DNA of 64,000 nt from NCBI GenBank assembly GCA_965235115.1, contig OZ249440.1:32676001-32740000 (forward strand). Reading direction: 5' to 3'. A program made the position numbers and the translations under genes. Shown one piece after another: positions 1 through 11,720 of this stretch. The DNA is from Laetmonice hystrix. Lineage: Eukaryota. The notes beneath the pieces are model-generated. The model was given only the letters and a program-made list of their open reading frames with translations. It made no database searches and had not been told where the DNA came from. The first letter of the stretch is position 1. Every line of letters starts with the position of its first letter.

Positions 1-670
1 AGTGGTCAGGGGAAGGAGACGAAATGTTTACGGGGGTATGTGCCATGGCAGGGTGCAATATCGGCATCCGGAGCGGTGTGGCCTTGTGGAAGGGGGTAAC
101 GAGTGAATGGTGGTGGAGAGCAACTTCAGAAATCAGGTCCTCATTGGAGAAGGTCTATCAAATTTAGTCTTTGTGTTCGGACTGTATTTCAGAACCCATA
201 GTAACGCCGTCTGGATTAGGTATAACTGTTAAAACGCCTCTGAGCTAGGCTCTGTTTATCACGTAGGTGTCAATTCAAGTTCTGCTATTTGACATCTCAA
301 CTAGAGAAAAGGTCGCTGTATTCAATGTGAAGAATGATTGACTATGATTTAGAGATATACCGATGAGATATACCAACGTAAAGTGTGTATACGCTGTGTT
401 TTACTGATGACTCCCTGTTTGATTCTGGTCAGGGTATGGATGCCACGGTAGTTTAGGCGTGTGAACATGTTTATGAGTATAGCCGAGTTGGGGTACCCTT
501 AGCTTAGAATATCATCGTAGTCGCCTTTACGCTTTTCCAGGGTTTTTTCCTAACAGTGGGTTTTATCCCTGGTTTTTAGTGCGGGAGGTTATTAAGAACT
601 GGGTGATGGCAAAAGGTCTAAGTACATTAGTGTAGGACGGATAGTTTAATTGAGTGGATGACAAGTCAAC

Positions 671-1024
671 GATACAGCTAGGGATGGGTGTCCCAGTATA
701 CGGTTTGGTGTTTCAATGATACAGTTGGGGTTGGTGTCCTGGTATATGGTTTGGTGTTTCAGTGATACAGTTTGGGGTCGGTGTCCTAGTATACGTTTTG
801 GTGTTCCACTGATACAGTTTGGGGATGGTGTCCCAGTATACGGTTTGGTGTTTCAGTGATACAGTTTGGGGTTGGTGTCCCGGTATACGGTTTGGTTCCA
901 CTGATACAGTTTGGGGATGGTGTTTTAGTATACGGTTTGGTATTGCAGTGATACAAGTTGGGGGTAGTGTCCCAGTACGTGGGTTGGTGTTTCAGTCATA
1001 CGGTTTGGGGTTGGTGTTGCAGTG
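671..1024. repeat. ~47-bp minisatellite, ~7.5 diverged copies
   Basis: The unit gatacagtttggggttggtgtcccagtatacggtttggtgtttcagt recurs at about 671, 718, 764, 811, 858, 903 and 950. Confidence 0.9.
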
Positions 1025-1629
1025 CTAAGAGTACTAATTACGTGAGTAGTAATGAATGACACTGGTCTTTGTCGTGAAGCTCTTTTAAACTTCACTTGGG
1101 TCAAAGGGCATAGTTTGTCCAGAGATGAAGTAGGAGGCGGCAAGGACGGAATGGTTAGATGCCAGATTAGTCTGATGGGTATGGTTCGGATGCTCCATGA
1201 GATATGGTCGCCTCCTCTTTTTGGGTGTATTTGGGCCCGGGATAACAATCTGTTATCCGGTTGGCGCTGGGCCGCAAATACGACTGGTAATTTAGGAATT
1301 TTGTGGGGTAATTGTTTGTACCTGCACCTGCAGGCAGTACAGATATGGTATGTTACCCGCCGAGGCGGGGGTAAGTTAATTAGTGACCCATTAGTCTACA
1401 TATGGGTAATATCATGGGGTCATATATTTACGTAGGAACTTAGTCTTGTAAGGTTATCCATTCCCGAACCTTCGGGGGGATAAACCAATTCCTCTTTGGT
1501 GTAGTCACATACGTATTGGCATATAATAATGCCAGTAGAATAAAATATTCTACAACTGGTATTGGCGTTCTCGTCTCATTGAAAGCTATATCCTTCAATA
1601 ACTTTGGAATTATACAACCGATTGCGATG

Positions 1630-2220
1630 AAAATGGTGTCTAGGCCCAGGTTTTCTGGGTCAAGGATTACGATAAAGGCATTTTAAAATTTGTACGGCGA
1701 GTAAATATGCAAATTAGGGCCGCCATTACGGAAAATCCGACTTTGGTCAATATCTCTTTAAACATTTGTCATATTTCGTAAAGGGTGTCATCTAGACTGA
1801 GGTTTGCAAGGTCCAAGTATGTGAAAAAGGTACTTTCAGTTTATTCTCGAATGCTAATTTATGCAAATTAGGGCCGTCATTACCTAAAATCCGACTTCGG
1901 TCCATATATTTTTTAACGTTTGTCATATTTCGTAAAGGATGTCATCTAGACCCGGGTTTGCAAGGCTAGGATATGTGAAAGGTACTTTCAGTTTTTTTTC
2001 CAAATGCTAATTTATGCAAATTAGGGCTGCCATTACCAAAAATCTGATTTTGGTCAATATCTTTGAAACCGTTTGTGTTAGAAAGGAACTTATCTAAACC
2101 CGGTTCGCAAGGTTGAGCTCCATCAAAAGGTACTTTCAGATTTAAAAAAAGTTGATTTATGCAAACTAGGGCTGCCATCACCTATTACTGAAAATCCGAC
2201 TTTGGTCAATATTGATATTA
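1630..2220. repeat. Four degenerate ~150-bp direct repeats, possibly subterminal repeats of a DNA transposon
   Basis: The anchor atgcaaa(t/c)tagggc..ccat followed by aaaatc(c/t)ga..ttggtc occurs at 1707, 1861, 2014 and 2159. Confidence 0.7.
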
Positions 2221-3046
2221 TTAAACAACAGGCCGAATATTGTAGACATGATCATTCATTGAGGCTAGCCATTGTGATGTCACAGTCGATGATACACAGC
2301 TGGGACCAGCCATTCTCACACTCGAGTCCTTTCTGCAATCTTCGACAGTCTTCGTTCGTTTGGGGAAAGCAAAGATTACATATCACTCACGGCCCAAAAT
2401 GGAACATGCGTGCCACCTCACTCGTTAGCTTACTACACCAGTGACATAAAGTAGGCCTAGGCATATCGAAGAAGGGCATCAAGCAATGATATTTCTTTAT
2501 TTAAACTTCCGCTGGGAGTTTGTCATTAGATTAGCCATTGGTTCGGCTGGTGTCATGGCGAAATCCGCCATATAGCTTCTCAAAAGAAATAGGCCTAGTT
2601 CGGCAAGTGGGGTCCTTGTTAGGCTGGTCCCCTGCGGCTTACCCAGGGTCCCGTGCAGGATCTCTGAGTGTTCATTTCAGCAAATGGGCGCGAATGTGAG
2701 CGTGGGGACCAGCGTCATGTAATTTTGGTGTTGTTCGCTTGCTCTAAGTAGGTCTCAGAAATCCTCAAGTCGTCAATCCTTGACTGAGAGGGTAGACCTA
2801 GAGATGATGGTTACAATTAAGTTAGTTAGACCTATATCGGTCGTGGTGGTGGCAGTAAAAGTCCCATCAGCTTTTTGATCCGGAACAACCTGGGCCGTCC
2901 AAAGTCAAAGAGGCACCCAAAACTGACTGGACCAAGTGTGTTCTTTGCCAAACAGTCACAAGTGAAGCTGTGCAATGCCCAGCAGAATCAAAGCCTCGTG
3001 ATGTCGTGACGGGTCTTCTCAGGCTCATGAGCAAAATAATGCAACC

Positions 3047-4481
3047 GTGAAAAGTGAGGGTGGGGCTGTGGGCCTTACTCGGTCTCCTGCGGGACTGAGG
3101 CGTTGGATGGTTGCTGGACCTCCAAGAGAGAAATCCAAGAGTAGTTTGCAGGTTTCTTCCCTGAAAAGTGACTGTTCCCTCTGCTTACGACTCTTCATTG
3201 CCTGCCAGTCCAGAGATGATAACCTGGATGAGTTCTTCCATCACCAGAACCAAGTATGCCCCCCATCACTATCTCAGCATGGCAAGCTAAGATCTGGAAC
3301 AAAATCGGATCTCCTTTTGTGCCTGGAAGGCTATATTGTGTAGTTAGAAAACACGATGTTCCAGAAACTATCATTGATGGGGCTGCGCTAGTGAACATTC
3401 TCAAGCCACTGGCTGCTAAAACATTCTGTGAATATGCCCTGAATGTTGTTCACCCAGACATCGTAGGCCAACTGGAGCATGCTGATAGGGTGGATGTAGT
3501 ATGGGACCAGTATCAGGAGAACAGTCTGAAGGCTCAGGCCAGAAGTAAGCATGGGAAGGGCATAAGAATGAGAGTTGAAGGATCCAAGAGTCTCCCATGA
3601 AACTGGCAGCAGTTTCTACGTATTGACGCAAACAAAACGGGGTTGTTTGCATTCTTGGCAGAGTATATTTCACTGCTGGAGACTGACAAGCAGGTTGTTA
3701 CCACATATGGTGCACAGGTCCTGTGCCATCCCTCACAAGCTACAAGCCCACTAGCCCCTTGCAGTCAGGAGGAGGCAGATACGAGAATGATCCTGCATCT
3801 GGCACAAAGGCTTCCAGAAGATTCTCCGTAGGACAGTGGCAGCAGTAGCCAAGATAAAAGTCCAGGAGGTGTGGGTTGCCCTTGGAACTGGTCAGCACTT
3901 TCGATACATAGCTGCACATGAGATTTCTGCTTCTCATGGACTTGACAAATCCAAGGCCCTCCCAGTATTTCACGCTTTCACTGGCGGTGTCGTACATGAG
4001 GGGAAAGAAGACCGCGTGGCAGAGGTGGAAGGCCTTTGAGGAGGTGACCTCCACATTCTTAGCCTTGTAAACAGGACCAACTGATATATCTGATGCTTTA
4101 TGACCGCACGAGCAGGAAGAGGGGCATCAGTGAGGCTCGGCAAGAGTTGTTTGCCAAGAAAGGACATGCTATGGATGTCGTCCCTCCAACTCAGGCAGCA
4201 TTGATTCAGCATATCAAAAGGGCTGTGTACCAGGGGGGGGGGCACTGCTGGGGAAAAGATCTTGAAGCGGTCCCTGAATTGCCATCGCCAAGTGACTGGG
4301 GATGGAAAGACCCCAATGACTGGAAACCATTCTGGACAACTCTGCCTGAGGCCAGCTCCTCATCAAGGGAACTTGTGCGCTGTGGTGCAAGAAAGGCTGT
4401 ACAGGACGTTGCAAATGCAAGCAAGCAGGACTGAAATGCAGTGCTTTGTGTGAATGCAGTGGCAAGGACTGTGATGTGTAG
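3047..4481 (+). pseudogene. AcademX-type DNA transposon protein remnant (transposase end, XPG/FEN1-like nuclease, C-terminal Cys-rich finger), frameshifted
   Basis: Collinear motifs across frames: KSEGGAVGLT..LRRWMVAGP, LFIACQSRD.NLDEFF, IIDGAALV, RVDVVWD.Y, QEEADTRMILH, ALPVFHAFTG(CD), PPTQAALIQHIKRAVYQ, then a C-x-C..C-x-C..C-x-C tail at about 4380-4475. Confidence 0.8.
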
Positions 4482-4779
4482 TTCAGAAATCCAGCCTTTT
4501 CATATCCAGAACCAGAGACAGTATACTGGAACTGTAAACCTGTATACATAAAAAAGTCAAATTATGTAGAAAGGCAATTTGGTAATGGATAAGAACATCA
4601 TTCAACTATTTTCCGAGTTGTCAATGTCAATCCTTAATCAGATTTTCTAAAGTACTTCGAGGCCTGGGTATGTTGCTCATTGATTTGGGTTTTACTTTAT
4701 TTATATCAATAGGTGATTACATGGACAGTGTACTTGTTTCGCACAAGAATTTGAATACACCTCAAATCCAGATACGTAC

Positions 4780-5406
4780 TAGCAAGAAGTTGTAAAGCGA
4801 CGGAAATCGCTCCCCTTAAAGGGAAATGTGAGTGTTCAAAGCGCCACCTAATGAGCCGCGTTGGTACCACGGGGAAAATGTGAGTATTCAAAGCGCCGCG
4901 TAGTGAGCTTTAAAAGAAAACTGTTTGGCTTATTTATGCAGTCAACTAGTTTGATCTGGAAATCAGTAGTATTTTTTAAATAATGAACCAAACTGTGTGC
5001 CAGAACCTGTCTACTCCATTGAATGCTATAGTTAAGACCCGTGTTTTACCAAGGCACTGACTGTTTGGCAGGCTGTAACTTTTTTGTTGATTCGGTGACC
5101 CCCAATTTTTTTTGTTTTAAACTATTAGTCTTGATCCACTTTATCTTGTCACCGAGTTTTAGGAGAAAATTGGTGGTCATTTTTTAACTATTAGTCAAAA
5201 TGTCTGAAAAATCCTGTTTTTCCCATTGAAACCTATAGTAAAGACCCATTTTTTACGGAGGCCTGTATACAAAAATCTAATTCGGTGACATGATTTTTTT
5301 TGTTTCTTTGTACTCCTAAGGACAAAGGCTATCCCCCATAAAAATATTTTGAAAATTCTAGTGGTGGATTCGAACACTCACATTTCCCTTTAAAGCTCCG
5401 TGATTA
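4780..5406 (+). mobile_element. Probable right end of the Academ-like element
   Basis: ttaaagggaaatgtgagtgttc..gccacc (4816-4848, partial second copy near 4873) is inverted relative to gtggtggattcgaacactcacatttccctttaaa (5361-5394). The putative end is ..gctccgtgatta at 5406. Confidence 0.5.
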
Positions 5407-6254
5407 TGAAGGTGAGAAATTTGCATAGATGAAGCTCAAAGCCAGACCATAGTAGAGTAGTAAAGGAACATAGTGCCGTACTGTTAACTACAATAATAAC
5501 AGGTGCTGGGACATACACAGGAAATTCATTTTTTTAGTCAGACAAACGCGCACACCCTTTTGTAGAAATATTTATTTCTACTATTCAACAACAAAGTTTT
5601 CCTTTCCAGTTTACAGATTGAAGTTTGGGGTACAGGTTGTCCTCCCGATGCCTCGGGCATGGACAACAACATGTCAACAAGTCCTCTACAATCATGAATA
5701 AGTCTATTATCGGAGACAGTCTCTAAATATTACAATAACCGTCACCCCGTTTCTACGGGAAGTGGCATAACGTAGTGGAATCGTTGTTCAGAAGGCGGAA
5801 CTCCCATCCAGTTACTCCCGTGGCTACTGGAAGAGTAACGTCAGACTCCTGTAGCAGTTGGGCCCAACGGCCAACCGGGTGACCGCAGGTCAACCTGGGC
5901 CCAACAACCACAAGCTCTGGGAGAGTAAAATGGCTGACCTCCCAGATCACCTAATCTAGAACGCAACTGGCTAGGGAACGTACATACTCTGGCGAAAAAC
6001 CCCTCACCAAGACGGGAAATTTTGTTTGGAGTGAAAATAAGGTGTACTAAATTCTCTGAACCTGAACGATCCGCCTGGTAACCAGATTAACAGAATTCTG
6101 GCCTTTTATACACCAGTTGAACATAACTCCAGTTCTTATTTTGTCATTACATGAACGTTCACTAATATTATAGTGGTATGCATAGGAACTCCGCCTAACA
6201 CACGTTTTATGAATTTCCCAGCATCTTCATGTTGTGACTACGCATGGTTAGTTC

Positions 6255-7323
6255 ATGGACCCCATGGACCTGCTAATCAAGATACCTTCTGAATGTGAGA
6301 AGAAGCCGTTCCTTCAGCTGCAGCAACACGACTTAAGCTTGAATGGCACTGGCGTTAGTGAGCTTGAATTCACGAGTTCACTGATCCTCCTTATACTCGA
6401 TGATATGAGAAGCAGCCCCCCTCTCAGCTGCAGACGCATACCTTTGTCCCAGCATAGTAAAGAGCCTGGTGAATATAAACATGCTGAAGTATTACTAATT
6501 AAGCCGTAGGAAGACAATTTGCTCGAGAGTACTTGGTGTAGGTCATCTTGAACCCAAGAGCACGCAAACTCCAATACTTGATGATATGAGATGAACCCGT
6601 TCTCTCAGCTGTATAACTACTAGTTTGCCTCGGCGTTTCGGTGCTTCAGGCAACCTAACTCAAATTAAGGGCCTGTTGAATCCAAACTCCGGTGGGAAAA
6701 GAAGCAGTCCCCGCAGCCGCGGGAAGACACCCTTAGCTTGACGATCCTCAGCGTAAGTCGGTCGAACCCATGGGTCTGTTAATTCTGCCACCTGAAGATA
6801 TGAATAAAAGCAGCTCTTTTGCCGTAGAAACACGACTTTGTCTCGGCATCGCTTCAGACAATCCAATTAGACTCCTACGAGATGAAGTAGCCCCCACAGC
6901 TGCGGGAAGACAACCTTAACTTGATGGTACCTGCCCCAAGACCGACTGGAAGCATTGCTCCGTACATTGGGCACCTGCTGGTATGAGAATAAGCGGCCCC
7001 TTTTTGCAGAGCCACACCTTTGGCTCACCAAATCCAACACTAACTCTGGTAAGAGAAAAAGTAGTCCCCACAACTGCGGGAAGACCACTTCAAATGGTTA
7101 TTACTGTAATCATCGTTGACCCCATGGGCCTTAACTGTTAAACCTTATATCCACTGCTTTGAGAAGCTGCCCTAAAAAGGGGCTCCTGAGGTGCCGAGCA
7201 CAACATTGGTTTGATCATTTCTAAGCCAACTGGACACCATCCATTCCTTTATCGGATTCCAAACTAGTTGAACATCACCGAATTCGATGCCACGTGAACG
7301 ACCTCTATCTTCATCCTTGCACC
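6255..7323 (-). pseudogene. Decayed coding region with internal ~58-60-aa repeats, family unknown
   Basis: In-frame ORFs 6867-7088 and 6660-6866 are separated by one stop. The peptide VFPQLWGLL occurs twice, with VFPRLRGLL and a looser LQLRGGLL. A candidate acceptor (catttcctcag|gtg) lies at about 7323. Confidence 0.4.
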
Positions 7324-7639
7324 TGAGGAAATGAATTAAAACAAGAACTAGACAAACTTTAAAACCATCAGCACACCACAGAATATTACATACAACATGC
7401 GTCAAGCACAATATATACCATATATATACACATAGGATTACACAACGAATCATGCCATGTCCATAGAGATAATCATAATTACAACTAGTCATGTCGTGGC
7501 GAGACCACGATGGATCCCATCCCCGGGGTGACATGTCCTTTCTGTAATTGAGTTTGAGTAGAGTTACGTTCCAGGCAGACACTTCCCGACACATCTGTCA
7601 TAGGCAGTGGTGTTTGGGAAGTTCCAGGTAACGTGTCAA

Positions 7640-10030
7640 GATATGACCCTGAGAGAATATTTATGACATCCTTATGACGTCATAGTAACTATGGCTGCAT
7701 CTTCAACCATTTACAAGTTATAGCCCAGGGAATATATAGGTGACCTCCTTATGACGTCATAGGTCACGTGACGTACAAAACAATGGTGCCAAATGAAAGA
7801 CCATATATGACTTCCTATTCGTGTTCAATAGTAGCTATGCCCCTATCTGGCACCGTTTACAAGTTATAGCCCTGGGAACATATTGGCGACCTTGCTATGA
7901 CGTCATAGGTCACCTGACTGGAAAATCATGGGTGCATAATGAAAGAGCATGTATATATGACTTCATATTAGGGTTTACTAGTAACTATGGCTCAATCTTC
8001 AACCATTTACAAGTTATAGCCCTTAGAAAATGCCAATGACATTCTTATGACGTCATAGGTCACGTGACCTGGAAAATGAAGGTCTATAATGAAAGGGTAC
8101 ATATGACTTCCTATTACTGTTTAATAGTAACTATGGCTATATCTTCAACCATTTACAAGTTATCGCGCTGGGCAAATATAGGTGACGTCGTTATGACGTC
8201 ACAGGTCACGTGAGCCGAAAAATAATGGTCTCAAATGAAAGACCATATATGACTTCCTATTCGTGTTCAATAGTAACTATGGCCCTATCTGGCACCGTTT
8301 ACAAGTTATGGCCCTGAGAACATATTGGCGACCTTGCTCTGACGTAATAAGTCACGTGACCTGGAAAATGAAGGTGTATAATGAAAGAGTATATATGACT
8401 TCCTATTAGTGTTTAATAGTAACTATGGCTCTATCTTCAACCATTTACAAGTTATGGCCCTGGGAAAATATAGGTGACGTCGTTAAGACGTCATGGGTCA
8501 CGTGACTTAAAAAACAAAGGTCCCAAAAGAAAGACCATATATCACTTCCTATTCGGGTTCAAGAGTAACTATGGCTCTATCTGGCACAGTTTACAAGTTA
8601 TAGCCCTGAGAAAATGTCAATGACATCCTTATGACGTCATAGGTCACGTGACCTGGAAAATGAAGGTGTATAATAAAAGAGCATATATGACTTCCTATTA
8701 GTGTTTAATAGTAACTATGGCTCTATCTTCAACCATTTACAAGTTATGGCCCTGGGAAAATATAGGTGACGTTTATGACGCCATACGTCACGTGACCTAC
8801 ATAAACAATGGTGCCAAATGAAAGACCATATATGACTTCCTATTCGTGTTCAAGAGTAACTATGGCTCTATCTGGCACCGTTTACAAGTTAAAGCCATGA
8901 GAAAATGTCAATGACATCCCTATGACGTCATAGGTCACGTGACCTGGAAAATGAAGGTGTATAATGAAAGATCATATATGACTTCCTATTAGTGTTTAAT
9001 AGTAACTATGGCTCTATCTTCAACCATTTACAAGTTATAACCCTGGGAAATTATAGGTGACGTCGTTATGACGTCATAGGTCACGTGACCTCCAAAATAA
9101 TGGTGTCAAATGAAAGCCCATATATGACTTCCTATTCATGTTCAATAGTAACTATGACCCTATCTGACACCGTTTACAAGTTATACCCATAAATATCTAA
9201 ACTGACCGCTGTTGAAAACTTTAAGGTCACGTGGTTCAGCAAATATAGGTCAAATCGCTAATCCCTCTTTGTATGTTTTGTGTTGTTAAAAGCCCTTCAT
9301 AAAATTCATGAACAATTATGGCTCTGCCTTAAAGCTTTCAAGAGTTACAGCCAGGAATCTTCCAAATGACCTAACTTTAAACTTGCAGGTCACGTGGTTC
9401 AGTAAATAGGGCGTAAACCCTTAAAAATTATGGTGCCAAATGAAAGAGCATATCACTTCCTATCTGTGTACAATAAAAAACATGGCCCTAATAGACAAGC
9501 ATCTTCGAGTTTTAGCCATAGATATCTAAAATTGGCACTATTCAAAACTTCAATGTCACGTGGTTCAGTGAATATAGGTCAAATCTCTAATCCCTCTTTG
9601 TGGGGTTTGAACCTTTCGTTGTAGTATGGTACTACCAGATATTGTCCAATTATACAAAGAAATGGGGAAGGAGTAGCGATTCAAAAGGATTCTGACCCAG
9701 GAGCCAGTTCTCCCTAAGGTCAAAGGTCAAAGGTCAAATGAAGGGTCGCTTTGAGACAGGACCCTTGCCTGATCAAAACTCCATGATAGATTTTGTAAAT
9801 TCCCAATATGAACTTTAAAAATGGCCCCCAATGTCCCCAAAAAATTGACGTCATGACGTGACGTCACGTGACGTCATGACTCATTGTGGGACCAGACTTC
9901 GTCATGGTCAAGATGTGTACCAAGTTTGGTTGAGATATCTTGAAAAATGACTGAGATAGACATAGTGTCTAACAACAGCCCACAACTACAATTTCAAAAT
10001 CCCATCCCCTCCGTGGGGATGGGATAATTA
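7640..10030 (+). repeat. ~147-bp satellite array (two subtypes) ending in a hairpin; probably a Helentron/HINE-like non-autonomous element
   Basis: ttatgacgtcataggtcacgtgac anchors at about 7749, 7897, 8045, 8191, 8338, 8482, 8629, 8773, 8920 and 9066, then degenerate units. The 3' hairpin atcccatcccc-tccgt-ggggatgggat (9999-10025) is followed by aatta. Confidence 0.8.
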
Positions 10031-10649
10031 ATCTTCACCACCTCCACAACAGATCAAAATTTCAGTAAGCCGAAGTCATATATAACATTATCATGACAAC
10101 TAGTAATTTGCAAGATTTGTTCTAGACATAACCCTCTCAGTCGCTCGGGACACAAGGGTAATACCACCTGATATATAGCGCCTACAAAAGCCTCCTATAG
10201 GTTCTCGTCTTCCGTACAGGAAACACGTAGCAGACGCTGCATCCATATATCGCCACTCATCTCTTATGTCAGTGTCTTCCAATATGCCGGATATTTTTCC
10301 TGTTGTATGCTCAGGATTAACCTCCAATGACATACTGATCTGCTGTCCAATCCCACTGTGCCATGAACATTATCTTCAACTGATTATCTCGCCACAACCA
10401 CACCTAAGGCCATCCGTAACCTTTGGTCACAAAAGATATACGCCGCATTTTTCCGGTTAGTTGCTGCACTCTGGAAGATCTCCACCTGAGTTGACTTCGG
10501 TGGTGGTGGAGAGGGTGGAGGCTGTAAGCTTAGGGTAACCTTGTAAAATGTAACGTCGCCCCAAAATTTCTGTTCTGGAGTTCCGATATACTGAATATTC
10601 TTCATTCTTCATGCTAAAGCTCTTAGGATGTGTGATCTTATATATACGC

Positions 10650-11720
10650 TTCGGCCACAATGGATAGAAGCATATGTTATCACGATAGGAACTAGTATGG
10701 TTTTATACAGACCGTCACCCTCGGCCACAATGGGTACAAACATAGACCATCACGATAGGAACTGGTGTGATTTTATATAGACCGTCACCCTCGGCCACAA
10801 TGGGTATAAACATAGACCATACGATAGGAACTGGTGTGATTTTATATTGACCGTCACCCTCGGCCACAATGGGTATAAACATAGACCATCACGATAGGAA
10901 CTGGTGTGATTTTATATAGACCGCCACCCTCGGCCACAATGGGTATAAACATAGACCATCACGATAGGAACTGGTGTGATTTTATATAGACCGTCACCCT
11001 CGGCCACAATGGGTATAAACATAGACCATACGATAGGAACTGGTGTGATTTTATATTGACCGTCACCCTCGGCCACAATGGGTATAAACATAGACCATCA
11101 CGATAGGAACTGGTGTGATTTTATATAGACCGTCACCCTCGGCCACAATGGGTATAAACATAGACCATCACGATCGGAACTGGTGTGATTTTATATAGAC
11201 CGTCACCCTCGGCCACAATGGGTATAAACATAGACCATCACGATAGGAACTGGTGTGGTTTTATATAGACCGTCACCCTCGGCCACAATGGGTATAAACA
11301 TAGACCATCACGATAGGAACTGGTGTGATTTTATATAGACCGTCACCCTCGGCCACAATGGGTATAAACATAGACCATCACGATAGGAACTGGTGTGATT
11401 TTATATAGACCGTCACCCTCGGCCACAATGGGTATAAACATAGACCATACGATAGGAACTGGTGTGATTTTATATTGACCGTCACCCTCGGCCACAATGG
11501 GTATAAACATAGACCATCACGATAGGAACTGGTGTGATTTTATATAGACCGTCACCCTCGGCCACAATGGGTATAAGCATAGACCATCACGATAGGAACT
11601 GGTGTGATTTTATACAGACCGTCACCCTCGGCCACAATGGGTATAAGCATAGACCATCACGATAGGAACTGGTGTGGTTTTATACAGACCTTCTCGGCCA
11701 CAACGGATACAGGCATTGAC
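10650..11720. repeat. Homogeneous 70-bp tandem array, ~15 copies
   Basis: Unit cgtcaccctcggccacaatgggtataaacatagaccatcacgataggaactggtgtgattttatatagac, with no unique spacers. Confidence 0.97.

Noticed and set aside
713..1248. Short ORFs with repeated peptides
   Set aside because: They are translations of the 47-bp minisatellite, whose unit length is not a multiple of 3.
7640..9640. Possible CRISPR-like or coding array (ORFs 7821-8039, 9430-9624)
   Set aside because: It is a contiguous satellite and the ORFs are incidental.
10650..11720. Possible CRISPR array
   Set aside because: The whole 70-bp unit repeats, there are no unique spacers or cas genes, and the context is eukaryotic.
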